Of a stretch of 64,000 bases of DNA, positions 1 through 13,600 are shown piece by piece (the stretch's first letter is position 1; each line of letters opens with the position of its first letter). The notes under the pieces are model-generated. The model was given only the letters and a program-made list of their open reading frames with translations, did no database searches and was not told where the DNA came from. This stretch comes from Schmidtea polychroa (Eukaryota), in contig CM097885.1 of assembly GCA_044892525.1 (NCBI GenBank), forward strand, positions 48,982,001 through 49,046,000, read 5' to 3'. The translations under genes and the position numbers were made by a program.

Positions 1-2943
1 GAATTACTAAGGAAACTACCAGCTACTGCCCCAGAAATTTGTTATATAAAGGCAGATATAAAGTCAATCAGAGAGACAAATTTGTTCAAGCAATTCCTGC
101 TTTGAAGCAATTATAATACTCGTAGAAGAATTAAAAACTGTAAAGCTTGTATTGTTCAAAAGAAAAATGAAAACAAACAATATTCTTAGCCGTAAGGTTA
201 TTTGAATATCTATTTATAAATAGAAATATTTGCACAACTCGGTCACGAGAAGCAGCAATTTTGTCTGTCTTACTCGTTGGAAATTAAAATATCAGAGGGT
301 TTTAATATATGTATCACTAGATCAATCTTGATCTAGACGATCGCGTAAAATTCGGGTAATACCTCCTTCTTATTCCTAACTTTAAATACAGTGCTGTGAG
401 CAAATGGATCCAGCATTTGTCACTTATAAATTAGGGCGGTTTGTATAACCGATAATCTTTCCTTCATAGTATTCAGCGGCATTTTTGGGAAACATAATTA
501 TTGCAATTGTATATTTGTGCATATTTAATAAAGTTCTTTATATTCACGTCTTGTTTAATCCATATTAAATTATTTATGTTTACACGCACATATTTGGTAT
601 TTATATCTTTGGAGTCAGATATAATCTGTGTTAGGAAGAATCAATCCACCTGATCAGAACCTAACAATACAATGGCTTGCTATACTATTCAATACTCGTT
701 GAATGATAAACGTTGGAACTGTGTAGAATAGGTGAATACATTCGAAAGTAAGCGTACCTTTGTATACTATGATCGTCGAGCATTCGAGCTGGTTCGCGGA
801 TTACCGTTAGAAGGAAATTGTGTTCGACTTATTCGGGTCCCTGTATTATTTAATTACGAAACTTTATCACTTATAAATTCGAATCAAACTTTAATTTATT
901 CAACAACTTCACTACAATAAGCAACAGGTGAGATCCGCTGATATTCCGCTTCCTCTACGCATTTCCCTCGCCAAGGATTTATATTATATATATATGTGTG
1001 TGTGTGTAACCGTTCGAGTTCAAGTTTCCCTCTAATGCTAAAAAAACAATATATTTATTCCCATTTATGCAGTTTCATGTGTCTATCGATTCTAATTCTG
1101 CACTGGAGTTGCCTATAATATGCGCGTTGTCTAGTGCTTCCCAGCTTCCCTGATTTACACTTCCCATTCGGGTCGGGTTTACTGGTTCTTCGGCTCGGCA
1201 GAGGAAAGATAATCTGCTCCAATACGTAATCGTCGATTTTTCGTTGACTCGCTTGCATTTCCAATTGTCGTATTTTGACTTTAAACGCCCTGATCTCTAA
1301 TTGATATTTGGCTGCTTGGGTTTGTAATTAGGCGATTACCTCAACCCGCTTCTGCATCGACTCTGGCTAGAACCAAGTACTTTCGAATATCCGACATCAA
1401 CTGGCAAGACTTTATTCTCGCGCTAATGTTTTCTACTAACTACAGTTCTAACTGTACCACTGAAATAAACATATCGATCAATCCTGACGTTAATTCGCGT
1501 CTGTGTGCGCGTTGGATTCGGAGATGGTGTTTGTTTTTTGTATGCGCACACAGACGCGATCAGTGTATTTTGGAGATTTATTGTCAAGTTGTTTAAATTT
1601 TGTAAGTTTTTGATTGTTTTGAAAATAAAAAGGTTTTAAAAAATTCGTTTTATTAATTTCGATATGGAAAATGCTAAGGATAATGAATATGATGAATTTG
1701 TTTTGAGTGGTCATTCGAATGTTGTTTTGTCAGAAGTTTGTGACAATAAATCGAGAGTTGCATTCACTGGTCGAATGGATATATAATTGTATGGAGTTTA
1801 GGGGATGGCAAACAGAGTGATATATTATATGGACATTCAGAATCAATAACGAAATTAATCAACAAAACTAACTCATTCCTTGTAAGTGTGGATTTATGTG
1901 ATTATGTAATCGTATGGAAATTAAATCTTGATCAAATGAAGTTGAATAAATTCAAATCAGTTGAAGGTTCAGAAATGATTGACTTTAAGCGGACAGTTGA
2001 TCCATTATCCAAATATGAATTTCTATATATTCGAACAATAACACTGGAACAGACGCATGGAAATTTGGACACGAATCTCAATAAATCGGTTTTTATGCTT
2101 GCCGTTATCCCCGAACATGAGTTATTACTATATGAGGAATCAAGTCAAAGGCTTTTAGCTGATGCTTCGAAAGAATATGATGCTCAATACCAGAGCGAGT
2201 TTATCAGAGCCAACATGTTCCTTTCGACATTTAAACACATGTTACATTGAATTAAAGAAAATGTGAGTTCGGAATAATCGTGGCACTACATGGCCTGAAA
2301 TCACTCTTAATTTTAAATATAATTTACCAGCTGAGGAATAAAAGAAAAATACGAACTGTAAAACTTTAAAATTCCACCAGTAGTTCATAGGTCGAAATTT
2401 TTCTTCTTCATACCAGACATCCCCTGAGGCAATCGTTTAGAACATTAAGAATGGTTCTCATGTAGCTTTTATTGTCAATGCTTATACAAGGAACAATCAC
2501 TTTTGATAATAATTTAGTTAGCGCAAGGAGACAAAGAAGCATACCTTACTACATATAAGTCAATCATCCAAGAATATTCTCAATAAAGTTAACAAATTTA
2601 TTTAAAATTCATATATCCACTCGAGGAAATCAACATTTAATTCACCGTCGATTTTGCATAGGGCTACGAGTTCGTGAACGTCCTCAACCCTCGTCGACAA
2701 ATGACCATGTCACGTTTTTCAGGATTATCAGTTCTATATCCAGACAACAAGCAAGATTATCCCGTCATGTGTTGATATTCCCCATCGGCTCTTAGAATCA
2801 CCCCTTCCCGAATATTGCGTTGTACACCACACAAATTTCTAATTGCATACTGGACTGCACGGAATGGCTATGCTTGCATGGCCATTGAGAGTCCTGGTTC
2901 CTAACTGACTGCTGTGGGTGTGTTAGCAATACCGTTTCCTATT

Positions 2944-3189
2944 CTGCCCTCCTTATCAAATAGACCGTAACTGCAAAAATACACTTAGGAGATAAATAAC
3001 AAAACGTGTTTTCAATTCTGCCAACCAGTTAACCTAAACCAATCATCCATTTATATTTGTTATTATATCGGACTAGATACGGTCTTATCGCTAAGCAGAA
3101 TGAAGGTTAATTGCAACTGCATACAGTTGACGCCTCTAACTCGATTTTTGTAGTTTTGTCAGTTACGGTCTATTTGATAAGGAGGGCAG
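2944..3189. mobile_element. MITE, Tc1/mariner-like
   Basis: ~30-bp TIR CTGCCCTCCTTATCAAATAGACCGTAACTG at 2944, with its reverse complement ending at 3189 followed by TA; no coding capacity. Confidence 0.7.
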
Positions 3190-3994
3190 TATTGCCCACA
3201 TGTGTCTCGATTCGTAGCTTTTTCCCAAACAGAACTTTAATTCGTAGGTGGCTTGACAACAGCATATGCACATAACCTTCATTTTAAATTTTAATTCTAT
3301 TTACTTCTATCACGGCTAGTTTTATTTATTTTCTAACCCACTCATCGATGTGAGTTTCTATTTATTTCTGATTACTAAACCAGTAATGTCACGTAATTAT
3401 TTAAGAAAGTTACGTAATAATTGGCGCTTGCCCTATTTTGAAATTCTATATAAACCCACTGATGTGATGTTATGCAATTATTATATTAACTTATATAATG
3501 ATTGATATTTGACATAAAATATACTATGTAAATCCACGTAATAATTGTCATTTCTCACCGTATACAACAGGAATGGCAAAACTTTGAAGTCTTGTTGGCG
3601 ACTTTTGATTGGATTAATCCTTACGGTCTACCAAAGAAATTATTTTAAATATCAAAAAAGTGCTTTCAACTGTTAACTATTTATTTTTATTTTACTTAAA
3701 AGTTACTTAAAGCTCCAACTTAAATTCTAATTAATTTTATTTTCACATGAATATATTCCCCCATTGCCACTTTCTTTGAAAGAGGGAACAGCTGTTTATT
3801 AATAATTTGATATATTTCTCGAAATATTATTTAATAAATTTTGACTAATCATCGTCCTTGTTGGTTTCGGGTTCACAATATTCTTTTCAGTAATCTTTTA
3901 TTGATTTATCTTTTACGGTCTAATGTAGATATCAATGAAATTGTTAATTTATTTTTTCTTTTTAAATGTTTTATTTAACAAAATCAATTTTTAG

Positions 3995-6900
3995 GAAGAA
4001 ATTTAATAAAAATTTCGATAATTTGAGGGATTTGGATACAAAAATTATTAAACTAACTGCAGAAAATGAAAGGTATTAATTTAAATCTTCGACTCAATAA
4101 ATTATTGTTGAGAATATTAAAATTTCTTCAATAATATTATTTCAGTCTTCATCAAACTATAAAAAGTGGATCGAAAAAATCAAAAAGGTTTTTTTGTATT
4201 TTGTTAGACAAGTAATTTTTTATCTTATGATGATCATAGTTCATTTAATTCCGATGAAAAATTGAATTTTAAATCTTTAAATAATTGCTCATCTAAAAAA
4301 CATGAAATTCAATTGAAACAGTTGAATGAAGAAATAGCCATATTAGAAAAAGACAATGCAGGTAAAAACACTATAAAATTGCAATTTGATAACATTTTAA
4401 TTGATTATATCGTTATAAAGTCATACCTTAACATCTATATCGAATATATTCGAATATTGAAAATGTATTCTTCTTTCTTAATAATTTTGCCGAATATTTA
4501 CGCTTGTGTGATATAAATGTTGTTGAAAAATCAATGAATTAAAGAAAAGAATTAAAAAGACTTTTGCCACTTAGGGATTAGAAAGTCTTATTAAATTTGG
4601 TTAGCACTAGAAATAATAATTGTAATTCGTTACATTTCATAGCATCCATTTCATCATTGAAATCTTCATAAATAATTAAAATAGAAACTATTAGAAACTG
4701 AAATATTTAGTAATTTGTGTAAGGTTTTACATTCTTGATCACAATTTTACAATACAATCATTTGTCGTAAATTTTTACTTCAATTAGTTAAGTAAGCTAT
4801 CATAGCATTTTGCACGATGTATAAAGGAAATAATGGTAAAGATATAATTTATTTCTAATAAAGGTGACTTGGGAAATGATGTACGCGCAAGTGTAGTATA
4901 TATTGTGTATATTAATTTTAAAGTTACTGTCAGCTTAAAGTTCTGTCTTTGGCTTATTCTATTCATGTGAACTAAAATGAAAGAACAAAATAAATATGGG
5001 TTTCTGTTCAGTTTTGGCATCATTTTTTCGGTTCGGATTGATATCAACTTCAACAATAAATATGAGTTTTACCATTTGTTGATTTAAAAAAATATTTTTC
5101 AAATTAACTCTATTATCAATTAAAAATTGAATTCTTCGTCACTTTTAGATAAATTTCATGAAACTCTTGATTAAATTTTTCCAGTGAATCTTTCACCTGT
5201 CCATTAATAAATCACACTTGTCCATTTCGACATAAAATCTATTTTCCACGCCTCTATTATTGTTACCATGGATATTTCGAATGGTTCTGGGTCGCAAATT
5301 CCTTTCTAAAGTAGAAATTCTAGTTGATGACGTCATATTATTCGATAAAGAAATTATGTTGCTAGTCGATTTGATTTCATTGGGATCTGTGAATGGATTT
5401 GTTGAATTATTAGTAGTTTTTGTTATTGACAGATTTTCAGCAGGGTTATTTTGAAATTGCTCTTTTTTTCTCTTGGTATTTGACAATTGTCTATTAGATT
5501 GAATTAAGTTATCAGAATAGCAGGACATATTGTATATATTATTTAATGTTTGTTTATGTGATAAATGCGATGTATTTAATGAGTGAGATACATTATTATA
5601 TAATGGAGATTTAGTTCTCAATTGCTGCTGATATTGTTTCAGTGGTTGAATGCATGTTGAATCGACGTTGTTGAATTTTCTGATTAAATCGGAAATGTAT
5701 TTTCGGATTTCATTAACATCTGTGGTCTGGTTCATTTTTATTACACTGATTATTATAATTTGATGTCTTTTTATATATCATAATAATTATTACTGAATAT
5801 TAGAGGAACAATTTTTAAGAAATATATAAATAAATATGACCACATGTTACGACAATTGATCATAAGTAAAACTCAATTAATAATTAAGTAAATAATATAT
5901 GTAGAAATTAATAAGTAATAAAATAAAAGTAAAATTAACATTATATAACTTGGGGATATAAGTGTTAAACAGTGACATTTTAAAATTATTGAAGAATTTT
6001 CTGTTTGTTGAAATTTTTAGTGCAACTTGAAATTTTATGAACCTGATGATGAATTTTTTTTGAATTCATTATTATATGAAATTTTATTTTTATTTTTTTA
6101 TTATATTTCTCCTTAGTTTGAAAAAGTTATATTTTTCGAAAAATAAAAATATTTTGGATTCTGTTCAACCTTTTTTTATTAGCGATTTACTTTTGTTTTT
6201 GTTATATAATGTTTATTAAATGTATCTATAGAAACTAAGATTATCTTATACGAAAACAAAATTAAATTTATACTAAATACTAACATACGATAAAAAATAA
6301 AGTTTCCCAATACGGAACAGGTTAATGCAGAATAAATCTTTGTGGATTAAGTCAAAACAGGCATAACATAACTTCCTGTATTACTATCTGATATATTAAA
6401 AACTAACCGTAAAAACATTATTTTTAAAACTATCTATTTTTTTATTTCTATTAAAATTTCAATATGCGTGCTCAATCCTATGAAATATTTAATATTACTC
6501 AAAATCACCTAGTTAAGAAATTACTTTCAAAGGAACATTTTATTAATATTTAGAAATAAATTTCGAAAATATTAATAAAATTGAAAATTTCCAAATAAAC
6601 TTAATTACAGTACCTTAGATCGATCTGAAATTTTGAAAGAAAGCATTGTTCTCGATGACGAATTTATCTGCCAAATTTCAGTTCGATCCGATCACAGGAA
6701 TCATACAAACATTCAAATAAATTATCAATTAAGGGTAAAAGATAAACAAATGTATTCAATTTTTCAAGTTAAAACATAGAAGACCGAATGAACTTCTAAT
6801 TCTAAAATATGTCAAATTTTTTATTCGAAAAAATAACAGAAATTCGTTTTTTAGACGATTTTTAGAACGCTTATTTTTTCATTTTCTCATTTTTGTCATT

Positions 6901-9900
6901 TTTTATTATTTCATTCTCACGGTACGGTATATCTAAATAGGTAAGGTATTGCGGGGTGGGGATGTTGTATGACTGAATAGACTGAGGGAAGTTAGAATTG
7001 TGATTTTCGTACAGAAATGAAGAAAAAAAAGAAATTTTTATGTAATTATTTTTTTCTTTGTTAGTTTAATATCACTGCACGGGGCCGTTTGTAATATTTT
7101 TTATCTTCCAAATAGCGCCTAGTGCCACAGCTGGTTACTTATAATTACGGAGTTTCTAGTTTTTGATGCCATATTTAAAAGTGTATAAACTGTAAGTCAA
7201 AATGTGTAATTTGAACTTTTGTTAATGTTCAATACTAACTTTGTATATCCACATACGCTTAGTTTTCTGAGCACAATGACATCGTTAATATTGCCTCAAC
7301 CAGGCATTCTTTAAAATGTTAATCAACTAATATGAATTTTAGAGTTCACTTTTAGTTCGCTATTAATTAATAAAAAGTGTTAAGCCTATGAAATATAGGT
7401 AACAGTAACTAATATATCCATTTACAAATCCATTATATTTGAATGAAATTCGGAATTATATTTACTTGTGGTTAAAATTTGTAAACGAACTGCTGTTATT
7501 GTCATAGATCTTGGACAAGAGAGTAGACATATGAAAAAAGAACTTCGAAAATCTAAATCCAAAATTATAGAGCTGACAGAAGGTGAAAATCAGTTTTATT
7601 ATCGATTTTTTCATCTTAGTTTTCAGATTTATGTGACGCAAATGAAAATATTAAAATACTAACCGAAGAAAGGAAAATTCTTAAGAAGAAAGTTAAAGGT
7701 TTTTTTTGAGTTTATTCTTTAAATTATTTTAATATTCTTTTTAATATAATGTTTTTGAAATATAAAAGAGAATTGGTGAGATATAATTGATATGAAAGGC
7801 TAAGAATGTGTTGCTATAGTACAGGGATGGCGAACCTTTTTTTGACTGCGTACCAATAAATATTATTTTTATAAAATGAAAATACATGCGTGCCAATACA
7901 AATTATTTTTATTAAATGAAAATACATGCTTTTAAAAATTATATATAGATTCATTTCTATAATATGCTGACATGTTTTTTAATGGGATTTTTGTTGCTGA
8001 ATATTTCTCGATAATGCATCAATATCCGGATCATAGTTTGACAATTTTAATGAAATACAAGCCTCCCCACATTCATCGGTAAGTCTGTTTCGTACATCAG
8101 ATTTTATATTATTCATAATCGAAAATAGACTTTCACAGCTATACGTTGATGAAAATATTGTTAGAATAGCTAAAGACAATTTCTTCATCGCATTAAATGT
8201 TTCTGGGAGCGAACACCATGTCTTCAACAACATATTATTCATGTTTTCGTATTCTTCTTCATTTAATCTTTTTTTTTCATTATTTTCTATTTCTTGCCTT
8301 AACTCTATAAATTTCAGCTTCCAAATAGAACTTGATTGAAACTCTGACAACTGCATTTCTAAATTCTCCAACTGTAACCAGTCTAATTGATCAATTTTAG
8401 CAGTTTCCATATCAAACTTGTCTGGATATTTAATAAAGTTAATTAATGGTTGAAATTTTTTGAAATCTTGAAATCTATTAGCAAAATTGTCTTGTATGTC
8501 ACTTATAACTTGGCTATAAAAATTTATATTAATTTCATAGACTCCATGAATAGAAAATTTTTGAAGGTGATCTTTCAACAAAGGAAAATACTTAAAATTA
8601 TTGTTGTCAATATCGCGTTTAAATATTACTAATTTGGACTCAAAACCTTCAATAATATCGAACATTACATCAATTGATTTTCCGGGACCTTGCAATTTAA
8701 TATTTAATTCATTTAAATGGTTGGAAATATCCGTTAAAAACATTAATTTGGTGATCCAGTTATTATCAAAAAGTTCAGGAAATTCGGTTTTTTTATCATT
8801 AAGAAACATGATAATTTCATCAAAACATTCTACAAAACGTTGTAACACAAATCCTCTACTAAGCCAGCGTACGTGATTATACATTAACAATCCATGATAA
8901 TTTGAACCTACCTCTTGTAGAAGCAACTGAAATTGCCGCTTATTCAAAGCTCGAGCTGCTATAAAATTTATTATTTTGGAAACAATACTTAAAATATCAT
9001 CAAATGCTGCCAATCCAGACTTCGCACATAGAACTTCTTGATGAATTATACAATGAAAATTAATAATTGGATGCCCAACGTGTTCTTGAAAAAGAGATAC
9101 AAAACCAGCTTGCCGTCCTATCATTGAGGGAGCTTCATCAGTTTTAATTGACACTATTGTTGATGTATCTATCTCAGCTATTTGAAACGTTTTTATAACT
9201 GCATCACTAATATCTTTCCCAGTTGTTTTTGCTGATAAGGAAACTAGTGAAAGCAATTCCTCAACTATTTTTTCTCCTTTAGCATAACGAGCAATTATGG
9301 ACAAGCGAGCTGAAGATGTTACGTCGGTACTTTCATCAAGACATATAGAAAATAGCTTTGCTGAACGTATATCATTTATTTTTTTAATATTAATATTTTT
9401 ATGCATTTTTAATATCCTGTCTTTAACAGTATTTCGACTTATACTTAATTCTTCAATGCGCTTAAGTTTCTGCTCTTTATTTTGAAAATCTTCAAATAAA
9501 TGTGGTGCACATTTAATGAAAGCTTCTTTAATATAATCTCCATCGCTAAATGGTTTGCTATGAGTAGCAATAGTCTTGGAAACCTCAAAACTAGCAGCAA
9601 CTAAATAATTTGTATGTTTCAAAAATGTAGTGAATGAGTTTGATTGGAAATTTTTATTTTTAACTTCACGTGCAATATATTCTTTTTGTTCTGAATCACT
9701 TTTAGGTAAAAGAAATGAATAAGTAGTTTCATAATGACTTTTTAAGGAGGATGTTCTGCACACTACTGTATTTCCACACAACGCACACAGGGCATTGTTA
9801 TTGCTTTTCATCATTCCATATTTATCAGTCCACCAATCTTGAAATGGTCTGTTAGAGCTGGCCTGTTTTCCTTTTCTTATTTTCTGACATTCTAAAGTTG

Positions 9901-10542
9901 AAACATATTATTTATTTATCATTAAAATTGTTAATGAATTACCTTTTGAAATCAATTATAATTGTCTTCTAAAAATATAAATAGATTTTTTTTTATTAGC
10001 AAAAAATAATACTAAAATAAGAAAACACAATTTTCAATCGCACTTACAAAGTTTTTAACTGAACTGAATTAGAATTAGTGAATTTCAATTTTGGCGAGAA
10101 TGCAAATATTAAAACAATTTTCAATCGTACTTACAAAGTTTTTAACTGAACTGCATTAGAATTAGTGAATTTCAATTTTGGCGAGAATGCAAATATTCAT
10201 ATATATATATGTATGTATATATTTGAAAATCCAAAGCATACTATATTCATTTTAACTTTTTTTTTATATTTAAAATTACATGTTCATACTTGTACATACC
10301 TATACCTACATACGCAAATAATATAATTATATTTTAACGTTATGAATAAAGGCGCCAGAAATCTGGAAGTTCGTTTTTAAATAACAAAATTTATGCATTA
10401 AATTTGAATTGAGTTCACAATTTTTTCAATATCAAAAATGCATTTGGATTAGTCAGTACAATACATATGTATGAAAATGAAAAATATTATACGTGCCAGC
10501 GAAAATTTATCTGCGTGCCATAGGTTCGCCATCCCTGCTATA

Positions 10543-10610
<68 letters not shown>

Positions 10611-13600
10611 AACATGTCCTTGTCTATATTATATAATCATCGGACGTAATTATTCATATTTATATTATTACATAATTGTATAGACTATTACATAGTAATG
10701 TTTAAAATTTTATTTATTTATTTATTGCACCATTTAAAAAAATTATTTGCATGAAGTAGTTGATTTATTAAATAATGAAAGTTAGCAAGAGCTGTAATAC
10801 GAGAATCGATGAAAATAAGTGGTCGACTGAAGTTGACAAGGGGTGTCTATGATTAAAGTGTGTAGTTACTTTTAAATCCCTTTTTTCAAATTATTTATTT
10901 CGGATGAAAATCAAGAATTCATTTTTGCTATTAAATAATGAATTTTGGTAGCTTTTAGAGAATCAATTTCATACCAAGTATATTAAGTTTTTGATAATTG
11001 TTTCATTGTGTTGAATCGAATGAGAATTTATATAATTTTTCCCCTTTAGTTGAATTTTGATTCTCGATATTTTGTAAATATCAGGGTAATTAATTTTCAA
11101 ATGATATTTATGAAATAGAAATTTTTAAGTTATTTGTAAATTTAAGAATTAAAAAATCCTTGCAAATGTGTAAATTAGAGATTAAAAACACCAAAACAAA
11201 TCTTATTATTCCTTTATATTTCATATTTGATCTTGATTTAATTGCATATTCAATTTATATTTTCTAAATAAAAGTCAATAAGATATGAAGCTATTAAACT
11301 AAACAAATATAAATGGAATAATGAGTGAAAACCGTCAAATTTGAGGAAATGTTGCTTTGATAAAATACATTTAACTTTATTAAATGCTTTGTATTCAATA
11401 AAATCATTTTTAGATGTATTTCAAGTCAAATTTCAACGAAATTCATTTCTTATTTTGGTTTATCTCTAATTATTTATTTTCTTTGATTATTTATTTACTT
11501 TGACAAACTTAATTTATTAAATTATTAAACAATTTTTATAAACCTCTGGTATATTTTGTCATTATTGTATAAAGTACATTATTTAGTTAATTAGAAAAAT
11601 GAGACTAGATTTAGTTTTTAATCTTCATCCTGTTTTATATAGTGAATTTTGTTAAGATGTAATTGTATTAAGTTATAGACCATATTATTAAAACGTATAT
11701 TCAAGTCACATATTTCTGACATTAAAATTATTTAACATTTATCTTACTATTGATAGTCCATTGACAGTTTATGACCTAATTATCATTTTGCTTGGCTTGT
11801 CGTTTTGTATGCGTTCAGAATTTGGGGTATTTTAAGGAACTAAAATAAATCTTATACATAAACGGTGGCATCTCTTTTGTCTGTAAAAATACTTCTGAGA
11901 ACGCATTTCTGCTTGCGGTTTATTTTTAAATTTATATATTTTTCATGTTATCTTGCTTTAGAATTCGGTAATAAAAATCCATCGATATCGGAAGACCAAT
12001 TATCAGGTAATAGTTTGAATTGAATGAATTTTATTGTTTATTATACTATCAGAATTTCAAGAAAAACTAGAAAATATTCAGTTACAACTTTCTGGTATAT
12101 AATTTCATGAATTTACTATTTATAGTTTTTTTTATTTTTCACAAGCATTTCAACTTTTAATTAACAATAAAAAAGTTTCCTAAAAATTATACTTCGACTT
12201 AGCAATTATCTTTAATACGTTCTCTCTAAATAAACTCGAAGGATTAAGCATAAGTATTAGGAGATGGTTCTCAACCGCAAATTTAAATATACCTTGACGC
12301 TTGTTGAAAAATTGGATCTGCTCATTTCTTGCCTAAAATGATATTTTCGGAATAAAATAACTGAAGTTCTTGAGCCATTTTTTGAAACACTTTATTTTCA
12401 AGTATTTATCGAGAAACCATTCTGAATAAACATTTTCTGTTTCATGTACAGTGAGTATTATTTGAATTTTTTATTTTCTTTGATAAATCGATTAAGGTTT
12501 CATTTTCGATTGCCTAGGTACGGATAAACGAATCATAAATTGTCAATATTTGTCAAATTTTTGAATTTTTTATGAAATTCACTCTCATATCTGTGCATAT
12601 TTTCTCTATGAATTTATTTGAGAATTATCTAGTGAAAATAATTTTAATTTTATTCAAATTTTTAGACAAAGATTTGGAAAATAAAACATTAATAAAAGAA
12701 CTAGAATGTCTAAAAGAAGAAAAGTAAAATAATGCTTTTATATATATTTCATTTGATCCATATAATTTGATATACATAATGTTTTTAATTTTTAATTTGC
12801 AAGTTTAAACAAATTACTTATGAAATGACCAACTTCATTCTCCTATAATTCAGAATAACAATTTAGTACCATGTTAAAATAATTACTAATTTTTGGATTT
12901 TGAACACCAAACATGAAAAACAAGAAACTAGGATGACTTAGTTGATTATGTGTGACAAGTCCTCCAAATTTTTTTAGGCCATACGCTTAATTTCTCAATA
13001 TATAGAAACTCGTTATTCGTCTAGAAATCATCGATTTCATAATTTTTCCCGTGCTTCCATCGATTTGCTTATTATTCGATAATCTTTGGGTTCCTCAATA
13101 ATATATCGAGAATATATCATACCTTTTTTTATCTGTTAACGTTCCAGGATGTACGCTTCTCCTAGACAAAAATTTTTATAGTACAAACCAATGGACAAAG
13201 TCCTGACCACAACAACGGTTCGAGAGTGAAAGAGTCAGGCTCGTTATCAAGACATCAAGCTTTTGGGAATTTGGGAATTTACATGTTCATGAATTCCAAT
13301 GCAAGATTTTACACTACTTAGCTTAATTTCTTCTGAAACAGAATTACTTTACTGGACTAAATTCGACTGTGTCTTTCCCATATAAAATTGTGGTGATTGT
13401 GAATGGGGAATAGATGAAGGTGTTGGTCTAACACTAATAGGATCCGAATACAGTGGATCTTGATAATAATAACATGGAATCGAATTTGCTTTACTCGTCT
13501 GAGATTGATTAAAAGAGCCTGATTGATAATAAGAAGTATTAGCTGATTGCATGAATTTTGATTGACTCTTGGAATGAGTTAGAGTAGACTGAGCTGTTCC

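Noticed and set aside
650..2900. Possible very old Gypsy gag/RNaseH and DDE transposase traces, and the 120-aa ORF 1888-2250
   Set aside because: Motifs too degenerate to support a call by eye
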